Source of the DNA: a virus
Lineage: Duplodnaviria > Caudoviricetes
IMG/VR virus record: IMGVR_UViG_3300027747_001100
Coordinates: 1-57,235 of that record
Length of the DNA: 57,235 nucleotides
Strand: one strand, 5' to 3'
Position 1 is the stretch's first letter. The number at the start of each line of letters is the position of its first letter. This document shows, one piece after another, positions 19,601 to 28,336 of the stretch. The position numbers and the translations under genes are program-made. The notes under the pieces were generated by a model. That model was not told where the DNA came from and made no database searches. It saw only the letters and a list, made by a program, of their open reading frames with translations.

Positions 19601-21317
19601 AGAGCAGATTTTTAATAATTTAATTAGTCAGTTTGCTGACCCAACTAAAGCAATTGGCACCATAGGCAGTGTTGTAACAGCAAAAGATACGACAGGTGGC
19701 GGTACAACTACGACAGGTGGCGGTACAACTACGACAGGCGGTGATACAACTACATCTACTGCAAACGACACTAAAATAAATGATATTGCTTCAAATTTTG
19801 GTATATCTGCAAATGATTTAAAGTCAATTTTATCTGATGCCCCAGATGTTGCTGACAAGTTATTTGGCACTGGAACTCAAGTTGCAGATATTTCAGGAAC
19901 AATGCCTTTTGGCAAAAGTAATGTGCCAGGCACTGAAGGCTATGACCCAAAACAGCCTACTATTGATTTACCTAAAGTAGCAACTGACTTAAAAGCTAGT
20001 CTAGATAATGTTCCAGCTACTGATTTGTCGCAAGGATTAAATGTTAATGCAACACACTTTACGCCTACATTAACATTACAAGATTACACAAATGACAAGA
20101 AAACATTACAAGACCAATATGATAAAAAAGAAATAACAGAAGAGCAATTTAAAAAAGATAATGCAGCATTAGACAAAGATTTTAATAATCAAACTCAAAA
20201 CTTAACTCAAGCATTAAATCTTCTTAACACTCTTATTAGTAAGGGTATGGATGCTAATACTGCATTAACAAAGTCTGCAGTTGCAACTAATTTAAACAAA
20301 CTAGACTTAGCCAGCGTAATTACAGGCAAAACAAACACTAATACACAAGTCACAGGAACTGGTACTAACACAACTAGTACTGTTACAACTAGTACTGTTA
20401 CAACAGGTACAGGAACAGGCACTAACCTAACAGGAACAGGCACTAACCTAACAGGAACAGGTACTAACCTAACAGGAACAGGCACTAACCTAACAGGAAC
20501 AGGCACTAACCTAACAGGAACAGGCACTAACCTAACAGGAACAGGCACTAACCTAACAGGAACAGGCACTAACCTAACAGGAACAGGCACTACAACACCG
20601 CCTAAAACTGTTCAACAGACTTCAACTTCATATGCAGTACCGTCTTCTGGATCTACAACAATAGGCGCATTGCCTGGAAATTTACAATCAACTTCATTAG
20701 CAGCAGCACCCGTGACAGGAACACAAATGAACTTAGCTCAATTAAAGCAACTCTATCCTCAACTTTCTAATGTTGACCCGAGAATACTTAATTCTCTTAC
20801 AGGGAAAAAAGCTCAAGCACCTGGCTATTTTACTTATGGCGCAGACTCGGCAGGCGGAACTAACTTGTCTATGCAAGGACAAGGTGGATTACCTAGTCCA
20901 GGTTACCCGACACAAGCTGCTGACACAAAAGGGCTAGAAACTAAGTTCGCTGCTCCACAAAGTGTAAATCCGAACTATAATGCTTTATCGTCGGCAGGAT
21001 TAAACTTGGTCAATACAGGCAATCTTGGGTATAAAGACGGTGGAAATGTACATATTCCTCAGTTTAAGACAGGCACTACAGGGCATTTTGTACAAGGCGC
21101 AGGTGATGGTCAATCAGATGACATTCCTGCCATGCTTGCTGATGGAGAATACGTATTTGATGCAGACACGGTTGCAGCCTTAGGTAACGGATCTTCAAAA
21201 GCAGGTGCATTACAGTTAGACAAAATGAGGAAATCAATCAGAAAGCACAAAAGAGGTGCATCTATTGATAAAATACCACCTAAGGCCAAATCGCCACTAG
21301 AATATTTGAAAGGTTAA
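16671..21317 (+). CDS. Large virion/ejection-type protein with N-terminal DUF4214-like repeats, a Gly-rich hydrophobic segment, TG repeats and a C-terminal GDGQSDDIPAMLADGEYV domain
   Basis: Repeated LYDSVxKRxPDAxGLxFW; FDSNYYLAQNPDV...HYKQFGYNEGR; C-terminal motif common in phage internal and tail proteins. Confidence 0.75.
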   Translation: MALETLNSTDPIAGLYDSVFKRAPDAAGLEFWKNAYNTGTSLEQIKNAFQNSQEAQANPYVNTLGGTGANLEQGFVNPNRDNALPSNVQATTQQTSLPTGTAGTTLNATQMASTVPDPNEAAITSLYDSVLKRTPDASGLAFWTQAAKNGMSLADIKSSIAASQEGTATTAVNNLYTNYTGTAPTATQLNDAKTQLSSGKTVDDVTKSLLATPTTKTSIEKLITQMYDDRLGRVPDANGLSFWSSKVLNGQMTLADVAKQIGTSSEGSTAASVANIFQQYTGKLPTPQELADAQALLRSGKTIDDVTKNLAANVANKPAVEKLVSQIYTDRLGHSPDASGLAFWTSKITAGTMTLADVAKQIGGSTESTAFQNDPVIKLYQQYVGRTPSLAESDFWRTQLSKGIPPAEIAKGIALSDEGIKYSTTNLKAILTAQIGADFVNSLTPSQITQYATLLADPSLTTRAPKLSQDQFDSNYYLAQNPDVVRNGFDPYTHYKQFGYNEGRAGSATDKIQIAKTNDDKIRDIYGQMAKDPVLGEKIKASSPLLYEAVTPLTDIGGKLINGTLNYNYGSYNDLPILNANVALAAVGDGNVMTNFSHKRGHITDNLGWQGTGYSGKILRGADAVGVTVNLDEDGNVGSYSGLNEAADLLGIDKNQFKDKQVPLLTKDVRDSDGNVVSIAGQPVYKTDGNGDYLYDDKGQLIPKMRTITAESQLYDAVDKASKSIWSVTLNSLEPGQAVEKGSRSFQTALYRQEGDKLLAISKAVSHGGVYNMDIYTGGSGFNFGRDIAPGLVFVGTAALTMATLGGSAPLTAIGAGVGLTGSAATIAGGVIVGATMGGLNASASGQDPGKGILTGAAIGGITSSMQPLMNTGPVAGVLKDVSEASGGFYTQQQLGSIVGTTLATTVGSAVKGANGDQIFEAFATSLAANGISQTGVSAITSALKDVVSPDTMAKIARATQIAGSTVATSALSGKNQEQIFNNLISQFADPTKAIGTIGSVVTAKDTTGGGTTTTGGGTTTTGGDTTTSTANDTKINDIASNFGISANDLKSILSDAPDVADKLFGTGTQVADISGTMPFGKSNVPGTEGYDPKQPTIDLPKVATDLKASLDNVPATDLSQGLNVNATHFTPTLTLQDYTNDKKTLQDQYDKKEITEEQFKKDNAALDKDFNNQTQNLTQALNLLNTLISKGMDANTALTKSAVATNLNKLDLASVITGKTNTNTQVTGTGTNTTSTVTTSTVTTGTGTGTNLTGTGTNLTGTGTNLTGTGTNLTGTGTNLTGTGTNLTGTGTNLTGTGTNLTGTGTTTPPKTVQQTSTSYAVPSSGSTTIGALPGNLQSTSLAAAPVTGTQMNLAQLKQLYPQLSNVDPRILNSLTGKKAQAPGYFTYGADSAGGTNLSMQGQGGLPSPGYPTQAADTKGLETKFAAPQSVNPNYNALSSAGLNLVNTGNLGYKDGGNVHIPQFKTGTTGHFVQGAGDGQSDDIPAMLADGEYVFDADTVAALGNGSSKAGALQLDKMRKSIRKHKRGASIDKIPPKAKSPLEYLKG
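19689..19753 (+). repeat. Tandem 21-bp repeat, about 3 copies (TTGGGTT)
   Basis: acgacaggtggcggtacaact twice, plus one imperfect copy. Confidence 0.85.
20409..20592 (+). repeat. Tandem 21-bp coding minisatellite, 8 full copies plus a partial (TGTGTNL)
   Basis: acaggaacaggcactaaccta repeated, with one synonymous change in copy 3. Confidence 0.95.
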
Positions 21318-21320
21318 GTC

Positions 21321-22376
21321 ATGGCACTTACACAAGGTTCACCATTACCGAATATTACAACCAACCAAACGCAAGCAACAACTGCGCCTAGTTGGTATAC
21401 TGATTATCTAAGCGGCTTAGCAAGCTCAGGAAATAAAGCAGCTGCAGGCGCTCAGTATGTAGGGGCTACACCTCTTCAAGAACAAGCATTTCAACAAACT
21501 GCTCAAAATGTTGGATCTTATCAGCCAAATCTACAAGCAGCTACAAACTTAGCTACTCAAGCTGGCGACTATGATGTTGCACAAGAAGCTGGTAGATTTA
21601 TGCAACCATATACTCAGCAAGTTGTAGGTGCTTTAGGCGATATCGGCAGACGTAATATAGAACAATACTTGGCGCCTAATGCCACAGCAGCTGCTGTAGG
21701 CTCTGGACAATTTGGATCTAAACGAGGAGCTGAAGTACTAGGTCAGTCTATGAACCAAGGCTTACAGAACTTAAACTTAGAACAGTCTAAAGCATTACAA
21801 ACAGGCTATACACAAGCACTACAAGCTGCTCAGAATCAAGAACAAGCAAAATTAGCAGCAAGTCAGAATTTTGGCGCTTTAGCACAGCAAAATCAGTCAC
21901 AAAATCTTGCAGACATTAATGCATTGTCTACCATGGGTGCACAACAGCAGCAAATTGAACAAAACAGATCTTTATTTCCAATGCAAACTGCAACACAACA
22001 AGCAGCATTGTTAAGAGGCTATACAGTACCTACCGCTGTTCAGTCTAGTTATTCAGGACCAATTCCTGGTGCTTATAGTTCTTCTCCATTAGCTCAAATT
22101 GCAGGTATTGGATCATTGCTTGGAGCATTAAATACGCCAACAGGAACAGGCAATAATACAGCTATGCAAAATATTCTTGGAGGCGTTACTACCGGTCTAT
22201 CTGGCATTGGCAGTTACCTTAAAGACTTATTAAAGCCGCAACCAGGGTTGGGAGAAATGGTTGATGCAAGTGGAAATATTGTAAAAGATCCAACATATGC
22301 TGTGTATGAAAATATGTCGCCAGAAGACATTATGAAAAGATGGGAAGATGTTAACCCTTATGAGAATATAATTTAA
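21321..22376 (+). CDS. DNA ejection / pilot-type internal virion protein
   Basis: Q/A-rich helical protein; FMQPYTQQVV and GQFGSKR; C-terminal Gly-rich hydrophobic LAQIAGIGSLLGAL. Confidence 0.65.
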   Translation: MALTQGSPLPNITTNQTQATTAPSWYTDYLSGLASSGNKAAAGAQYVGATPLQEQAFQQTAQNVGSYQPNLQAATNLATQAGDYDVAQEAGRFMQPYTQQVVGALGDIGRRNIEQYLAPNATAAAVGSGQFGSKRGAEVLGQSMNQGLQNLNLEQSKALQTGYTQALQAAQNQEQAKLAASQNFGALAQQNQSQNLADINALSTMGAQQQQIEQNRSLFPMQTATQQAALLRGYTVPTAVQSSYSGPIPGAYSSSPLAQIAGIGSLLGALNTPTGTGNNTAMQNILGGVTTGLSGIGSYLKDLLKPQPGLGEMVDASGNIVKDPTYAVYENMSPEDIMKRWEDVNPYENII

Positions 22377-22385
22377 GGAATAATT

Positions 22386-24131
22386 ATGGCAACACCGACA
22401 GTAGGTGCACTTCCAGCAGCTCCGACAGGATTAGCAGGCGATGATAATGCTCGACAAGAATATCTTGAAGCACTAAATAAAACACTAGGCGCTCTTGAGC
22501 AGCGTGGTGGCGTTAATATGTGGAATGTGGCTTCACAGTTTCTAAACCCTGGTCGTACAGGCAGTTTTGGTGAAGCTGTAGGCAATGTAGCAGGCTCTGT
22601 AGGTAGAGATGTAGAAAAGCAACAAGAAATGGCATTGCCTATGGCACAAATGCGTGCATCTGTTGCAGGTCAGAAGTTAACTTTAAACAATCAAGCTAAA
22701 GCATTGCAAATGCTAGGCGATAACTTAGGCGTATCACCAGGCCAAGTCACTAGTGCAATGTCTTCTGGAAATCTAAATAAGAACCAACTAGCACAACTGT
22801 CTGATCCAAGATTGTACTTAGCTGTGTCAGAACTATATCCACAACTAGGTGAAAGAATGACCAAGTTAGTAGATATGCAAGAGAAAGTTGCAGGACTAAA
22901 TATTAAACAAAACCAAGCAGATACAGATCTTCGTGGCAAGATTGCTGAGTACGGTCCAGGCTTCTTAAACTTGCCTACAAGTAATGCTGCTGTTTCACAG
23001 ACGAACGGCTTTGGGTTTAACTTACCTACGCCTAATGCAACCATTAGCAGCCCGTTTGGCACACGCCAAGACCCAATGGATAGGTCTAAGACAGCTATGC
23101 ATAACGGTATTGACTTTGCTGCTAAGCAAGGCGAGCCGGTTCAGGCTGTATTGCCAGGGACTATTAAAGCTATTAAGAATGAGCCTGGGTTTGGTAATAA
23201 GATTGAAGTTCAGCATAAAGACGGCTCTATTTCATATTATGCTCATTTGGATAAAGTTGACCCAAGTTTAAAACCAGGTGACACAATTCCAGAAGGCACA
23301 CTAATCGGTACAGTAGGCTCTACAGGTAAGTCTACCGGGCCTCATGTAGAATTTGGTATTCTTGATAAAGACGGCAAGCCTATTGATCCTACAATGCTGT
23401 TTAAAGCCCCACAGCAAGCTGGTACACAAGTTGCTTCATTAGGCAATGAAGGTATGCCATTAAAGTCACAAACTGAAGTTCAGAAGTCTAATGTTACGGA
23501 ACTAACTAAGCCGTTTATTGAGAAAAGAAATACTATTGCCACTAACTACGGTACTGCAACTACTGATAAATATGACAATGATTTAAAAGAGTTGTATAGT
23601 ATTACTAAGCGATCAGGCGACAAGATTTTCGGCATACTAAATAAAGAAGGCACTATTGCAGCACTTAAAGCTGGTGCTCAAGAAGGTATCACCATGGGCC
23701 AATTTGGTAGCATTAGCTTACCTGTTCAGAAGATGGCTGAAAAGTACAATCTTGGTCCTGATGAACAAAATGACTTACGAAGAGCTCAGCAATTAATGGC
23801 AGAAATCTTCTTTAACAATGGTGCTCAATACAAAGGCGTACTAGGTCCACAGATCTCTAACACTGATGCAAACTTAATGCGTGAACCTGGCGTTACAGCA
23901 GCTGATTCTAATAAGCTGATTCAGCACTGGATTAAAAATCAAGCATTGTTTAATGAGCAACGTAAAGCAATTTACGACACTCTTGACACATATGATGCTA
24001 AATACAAGAACGCGTCAACAGACCCAGGCGCATTCTTTAAATCATCTGAGTACAAACAAGTATTTAAAACATACAATGATTACTTTAAGCAACTTCGTGA
24101 AAATAACCCTCTGACAAGAATGAAAGACTAA
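22386..24131 (+). CDS. Internal virion protein with a peptidase M23 domain
   Basis: ISSPFGTRQDP...HNGIDF...GFGNKIEVQH...YAHL...VGSTGKSTGPHVEF. Confidence 0.8.
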   Translation: MATPTVGALPAAPTGLAGDDNARQEYLEALNKTLGALEQRGGVNMWNVASQFLNPGRTGSFGEAVGNVAGSVGRDVEKQQEMALPMAQMRASVAGQKLTLNNQAKALQMLGDNLGVSPGQVTSAMSSGNLNKNQLAQLSDPRLYLAVSELYPQLGERMTKLVDMQEKVAGLNIKQNQADTDLRGKIAEYGPGFLNLPTSNAAVSQTNGFGFNLPTPNATISSPFGTRQDPMDRSKTAMHNGIDFAAKQGEPVQAVLPGTIKAIKNEPGFGNKIEVQHKDGSISYYAHLDKVDPSLKPGDTIPEGTLIGTVGSTGKSTGPHVEFGILDKDGKPIDPTMLFKAPQQAGTQVASLGNEGMPLKSQTEVQKSNVTELTKPFIEKRNTIATNYGTATTDKYDNDLKELYSITKRSGDKIFGILNKEGTIAALKAGAQEGITMGQFGSISLPVQKMAEKYNLGPDEQNDLRRAQQLMAEIFFNNGAQYKGVLGPQISNTDANLMREPGVTAADSNKLIQHWIKNQALFNEQRKAIYDTLDTYDAKYKNASTDPGAFFKSSEYKQVFKTYNDYFKQLRENNPLTRMKD

Positions 24132-24132
24132 G

Positions 24133-24954
24133 ATGGCAGATGAAGTTAAAGAAAACCCTCTATCGGCATTAAACTCATTATTTGATGAGCCTTACGGTCA
24201 AGAAACTGGATCAATGTCTACCAGACAGTCTAGTGTGACTGTTATGAACCCTGATACAGGTAAGCCAATTGTAGCTGACCCTGTGGATGTAGCAGCAGTT
24301 TCAGGCGTAGGCGGTGCATTAGCTGGTCGTCAAATTCAGAAAGTTGCAGAACCGGTTGCTAAAGCTGCTACAGCAGTTAGTCAAGCTGTGCCTACTGTCG
24401 AGCCAAACAAACCTTATACAAATAAATGGGGCGAAAAGACAGGTTATGGGATCGGAGAAGGCTCTACAAGACAGCAATCTGAAGCATATCAAAAGCAATT
24501 TAGAAATATTGGTGAAGGTAAGCATCAAATTAAAGGCGGTCGTCTGTGGAATGTAGATGAGATTATGGCTGAGATTGCTCGTAAAGAGAAACTTGCAGCT
24601 GACGAAGCTGCTCGACTGGCTGAGCAAAAAGGTATATATGGCAAAGCAGTAAGAGCATCTGAGTCATTAGGTAAAAGTCTTGGCGCAGTAGGTAAAGTTA
24701 TGCCTAGAATGTCTACAGGTCTTGGATTAGCCGGTACAGGTTATCAAGGTGCTGATGCATTAAATCGTCTTAAAAGTGGTGATATCCCAGGCGCTGTAAT
24801 TTCAGGAGCAGGCGCATTAGGTTCATTAGCTGCAACGACACTACCTCCAACAAACCCCTATTTTGCAGTAAGCAAAGGTGTTGGGGCAGGCCTTGGCATG
24901 GCCGCTCCGGTTATGCTAGAAGGTTATGACTATTTAAGAGAAAAACTTAGATAA
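24133..24954 (+). CDS. Putative ejection/membrane-associated virion protein
   Basis: Gly/Ala-rich hydrophobic C-terminal helices; last gene of the ejection block. Confidence 0.55.
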   Translation: MADEVKENPLSALNSLFDEPYGQETGSMSTRQSSVTVMNPDTGKPIVADPVDVAAVSGVGGALAGRQIQKVAEPVAKAATAVSQAVPTVEPNKPYTNKWGEKTGYGIGEGSTRQQSEAYQKQFRNIGEGKHQIKGGRLWNVDEIMAEIARKEKLAADEAARLAEQKGIYGKAVRASESLGKSLGAVGKVMPRMSTGLGLAGTGYQGADALNRLKSGDIPGAVISGAGALGSLAATTLPPTNPYFAVSKGVGAGLGMAAPVMLEGYDYLREKLR

Positions 24955-25007
24955 GCTGTAACAAATATAAAGTATTGTCTACTTAATTATATTCTTTAAG
25001 GCATGGT

Positions 25008-25973
25008 ATGGCCAAACCTGCGTGTAGTGAGCAAGAGTTTATCGCATTATTTAAAGAACATAGGTCCCCTACGGCCGTAGCCAAAATATTGAATGTTGAT
25101 ACTAGAAGCGTCATAGCCCGTAGAAGAAATTTAGAGAAAAAACACGATATTGTGCTTGAATCAAATAATAATCGCGGTATTCCTCGATTTACCATTCCTG
25201 AAAGCAAGATTCGATGTGAGTATGAACTAATTGACGGTGTGATATTAGTAGGCTCTGATTGTCACTACAACCCAAACTATATCTCTACTGCACACAAAGC
25301 TTTTGTACACTTTGTAAAAAAATTAAAACCAAATATGGTCGTTTTAAATGGCGACTTATTTGATTTTGCACAAATTAGTGCGCATCACAGAATTGGTTAT
25401 CAACAACACCCAACTGTTAAGCAAGAACTAGAAGAAGTGCAAAACAGACTTGGCGATATTGAAAAAGTCAGACCTGCTGGATGTATATTGCATCGCACCA
25501 TTGGTAATCATGATCTTCGTTTTGATGGCAAACTGTCTAATGTTTTGCCTCAGTATGAAGGTGTAAAAGGTATGGCTTTAGCAGATCATTTGCCAGGCTG
25601 GTCATATAGCTGGTCAGTTGTAGTTAATAACAACACAATGATTAAACATCGTTGGCATAACGGTATTCATGCTGTGTACAACAACATACTTAAGGGCGGT
25701 ATGAGTATGGTTACAGGTCACCTACATTCTCTTAAAGTTACGCCATGGTCTAACTACAAAGGCGACATGTATGGTGTTGATACTGGAATGATGGCGGCAG
25801 TTAAAGATGACCAGTTTATGTACCATGAAGATTCTAGTGTTAACTGGAGAGCGGGGTTTGCAGTCCTTACTTATGTAAATGGTCATTTAATGCCGCCTGA
25901 GCTGGTTCAGGTCATTAGTGAAGATGACGGACTTGTGTTTTTTAGAGGTGAACTACATGAGATTAAACTCTGA
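25008..25973 (+). CDS. Calcineurin-like metallophosphoesterase with an N-terminal HTH-like segment
   Basis: SDCH, LNGDLFD, GNHD, HRWH and TGHLH motifs; N-terminal SPTAVAKILNVDTRSV. Confidence 0.85.
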   Translation: MAKPACSEQEFIALFKEHRSPTAVAKILNVDTRSVIARRRNLEKKHDIVLESNNNRGIPRFTIPESKIRCEYELIDGVILVGSDCHYNPNYISTAHKAFVHFVKKLKPNMVVLNGDLFDFAQISAHHRIGYQQHPTVKQELEEVQNRLGDIEKVRPAGCILHRTIGNHDLRFDGKLSNVLPQYEGVKGMALADHLPGWSYSWSVVVNNNTMIKHRWHNGIHAVYNNILKGGMSMVTGHLHSLKVTPWSNYKGDMYGVDTGMMAAVKDDQFMYHEDSSVNWRAGFAVLTYVNGHLMPPELVQVISEDDGLVFFRGELHEIKL

Positions 25974-26310
25974 AGCCATTAGCAATGCATATGCTAGTTT
26001 GTGCTGTATGTACCCGTTTACTAAATGGAAACTTCCTGTCCCTGAAGCAATTGACTTTGTAGTTGTTCATGACCCAGAAACAATGGGGACTTATTACTAT
26101 GATGATGGTGGAGACTATGAGCACACTATTACGATTAGTTCTGCTCGCTGTGGGCATTATTACACTATGCTCACAACTCTTTCACATGAAATGGTACATA
26201 TGAGTTTTTACCGTTGCAAAGGTGATAAATGGTCACAACACGGTAAAGCATTTAGAACTCGATGTAAGTTGATTGCAGATGAACTAGGCTTTGACGGCTT
26301 AGAACTTTAA
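25957..26310 (+). CDS. SprT-like zinc metalloprotease domain protein
   Basis: TTLSHEMVHM (HExxH) followed by HGKAF; ATG at 25957 follows SD gaggtg. Confidence 0.75.
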   Translation: MRLNSEAISNAYASLCCMYPFTKWKLPVPEAIDFVVVHDPETMGTYYYDDGGDYEHTITISSARCGHYYTMLTTLSHEMVHMSFYRCKGDKWSQHGKAFRTRCKLIADELGFDGLEL

Positions 26311-26423
26311 TTTCTGTGATAGTGGTCTTTTGGGTTATTAATCATTGATTTAATAAGATCATCTATACTAAAGAAGTATTGAATAACTCTTATGCCTTTA
26401 TGCGTGTAAATAGTAAAGCTCAT
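26307..26423 (-). CDS. Small hypothetical protein (38 aa)
   Basis: MSFTIYTHKGIRVIQYFFSIDDLIKSM...; ATGA overlap with the upstream gene. Confidence 0.5.
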   Translation of the reverse strand: MSFTIYTHKGIRVIQYFFSIDDLIKSMINNPKDHYHRN

Positions 26424-26566
26424 TTAGTGGCAATCAGATAAGCCCCATAATTTGCAAAAGCATATCCAGCATACATGCAACCCAGTCCAATATCTCCTTT
26501 AACCAATTGCTCAATACATATATATGCATAGATAAGCCCTGTAACAATAATTAGATTACTGCTCAT
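26420..26566 (-). CDS. Small membrane protein (48 aa)
   Basis: MSSNLIIVTGLIYAYICIEQLVKGDIGLGCMYAGYAFANYGAYLIATK; overlaps neighbours. Confidence 0.6.
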   Translation of the reverse strand: MSSNLIIVTGLIYAYICIEQLVKGDIGLGCMYAGYAFANYGAYLIATK

Positions 26567-26804
26567 CTTCTGCAATTAACTTTCTTGCTTTTCTAATCGT
26601 GGCTTTTTGATCTTCTGATAAGGGGAATGGAACAATTTCTTCGGATCCAATTCTATAGTCATTAAGTCCTTGGGTAATAAGACTAATAAGCCCATGTCGG
26701 ACGAGAGTTTCGAGACCTTCTTTATCGAAGTGAATGAGAGCATCAGCCGAACCATCTTTATTTTCCTTAATAATTTGTACAGAAATAGGCACTTTAGTCT
26801 CCAA
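26556..26804 (-). CDS. Hypothetical protein
   Basis: 82 aa with a KENKDGSADA motif; tiles with neighbouring genes. Confidence 0.6.
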   Translation of the reverse strand: METKVPISVQIIKENKDGSADALIHFDKEGLETLVRHGLISLITQGLNDYRIGSEEIVPFPLSEDQKATIRKARKLIAEDEQ

Positions 26805-26997
26805 AATGAATAGTAGGTTTTTCTAAGCAATCCAAAGCCCATGATAAGTATTGCTTAACTTCTTCAGGGCTTTCACCGCTCATTGTAGCCGTAGTGTGGC
26901 CTAGCGGCTTTCCAAGTTGATCATAATGAACTTCCCGAATCTCTACGTATGACTCATCCGAGTCACTCATATTAACTAGTCGAAGGTTCCATGTCAT
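26794..26997 (-). CDS. Hypothetical protein (WNxR...IxEVxYD phage family)
   Basis: MTWNLRLV...EIREVHYDQLGKP. Confidence 0.65.
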   Translation of the reverse strand: MTWNLRLVNMSDSDESYVEIREVHYDQLGKPLGHTTATMSGESPEEVKQYLSWALDCLEKPTIHFGD

Positions 26998-27160
26998 TTT
27001 TTATCTCCTGTTGTACGGTACTAACAGCATCATACACTTGTGAAGTTACAGACAACACATATTTAATGTCATTAGGCGTTAATTGTCCCATCAGTTGTAA
27101 TATTTTAACAACTGCAACATCATTGTCTAATGACATAGGCTTAACTATAGTTTCAATCAT
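26972..27160 (-). CDS. Hypothetical protein
   Basis: 62-aa ORF tiling the operon. Confidence 0.55.
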   Translation of the reverse strand: MIETIVKPMSLDNDVAVVKILQLMGQLTPNDIKYVLSVTSQVYDAVSTVQQEIKNDMEPSTS

Positions 27161-27162
27161 GA

Positions 27163-27414
27163 TTATATAATTTTCTTTTTGGTTAAAAATTTCTTATAAT
27201 GCATAACAGCTCTGTTTACAATTTGTTTCTGTAAATCGAGTTCTTTTGTTACAACTGCTTGGCTTTTTAGGCGAACTACAACAAGTCGTAAAGACTCTAT
27301 AGTTCGATCTATCCATCGAGGATGCTGCTCAATAAACTCATTAAACAAGTTTGTCCTGTCTTTAATGTTAAGCTTCTTTAGTTTTTCTTCTATGGCTGAC
27401 CAATGCTTAGACAT
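27163..27414 (-). CDS. Hypothetical basic helical protein, coupled to the ThyX-like gene
   Basis: Start MSKHWSAIEE at 27414 overlaps the ThyX-like stop; SD aggag upstream. Confidence 0.6.
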   Translation of the reverse strand: MSKHWSAIEEKLKKLNIKDRTNLFNEFIEQHPRWIDRTIESLRLVVVRLKSQAVVTKELDLQKQIVNRAVMHYKKFLTKKKII

Positions 27415-28336
27415 GAATATGCTCCTTTTTAATTGCATCAATTTGCTCTAATAAGTTCTTTCTAATGGTTTCATATATGTGACCACCTGGAAATTCATCA
27501 CGGCCGATCGGATGGTAAAACTGTTCTTCACACCAGTCAAAGTTGTCATTCTTAGCATTTGGTGGAAATATATTGGTTTTACCTTTGGCAGACTGACGCT
27601 GATAGAATGCATCAGGCTTACGGAAGTCCACAAGGCCTGATAAGAATGGATAGATCTTTAATACTTCTAACCACAACTTCATGGCAATAATATTATCTAC
27701 CGTTGTCTGAATTTGTTCATCACCTCGCATGATGCAGTAGCCAATAAGGTCTTTAATTGTACAGCGTACCATATAAAAGTGTTCAAAATTGCGAGGCATA
27801 ATAGTACGGGCATCAAGGCCGTGAACAAGACCACTATCAAGCATATCAACATACAAATCACGAGCCATTGTGGTAATTTCTCTATATCTGTTAGCAAATT
27901 CTTCATGTACCATAATCCCCGGTTTCATCATTACTCTGTCATCACGCATATCCCTATCACCATGAACTTGGGCCGCAAAACTAAACAGACGATGTCGTAT
28001 TAAATGAGTTGTGTCAATCATATCCATACCATTAACCGACCAAGTGATGTTGATCGTCTCCATGGCAGTAGGTAACAGTTCATACCTAAATAGCTCATCA
28101 ATGGTTTGGTCAATTTGGTCTTTAGGAAAGTCCCATTGAATCTTGTCATTCCATGTGTTTAATAGAAAGACTGATATTGTTTTACGAAACTCTGCAACGG
28201 TAGGTGCATGAACTATTTGTACATCAATGTTTGACAATTGATTTACAAACTCTATTGTCTTAGGTTTTTGCCCAAACTTAAGCTTTGTGTGCATTGGCTG
28301 GAGATTCTTAATCTCTGATTTATGTTTCTTAGGCAT
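27407..28336 (-). CDS. thyX: ThyX (FAD-dependent thymidylate synthase)-fold protein with a divergent active site
   Basis: HLIRHRLFSF core and DARTIMP motif identify the fold. The canonical SxRY is replaced by VHGDR, so activity is uncertain. Confidence 0.75.
   Translation of the reverse strand: MPKKHKSEIKNLQPMHTKLKFGQKPKTIEFVNQLSNIDVQIVHAPTVAEFRKTISVFLLNTWNDKIQWDFPKDQIDQTIDELFRYELLPTAMETINITWSVNGMDMIDTTHLIRHRLFSFAAQVHGDRDMRDDRVMMKPGIMVHEEFANRYREITTMARDLYVDMLDSGLVHGLDARTIMPRNFEHFYMVRCTIKDLIGYCIMRGDEQIQTTVDNIIAMKLWLEVLKIYPFLSGLVDFRKPDAFYQRQSAKGKTNIFPPNAKNDNFDWCEEQFYHPIGRDEFPGGHIYETIRKNLLEQIDAIKKEHIHV

Noticed and set aside
20409-20592. Possible CRISPR array
   Set aside because: The repeats are contiguous with no unique spacers, are in frame inside a CDS, and no cas operon is present.
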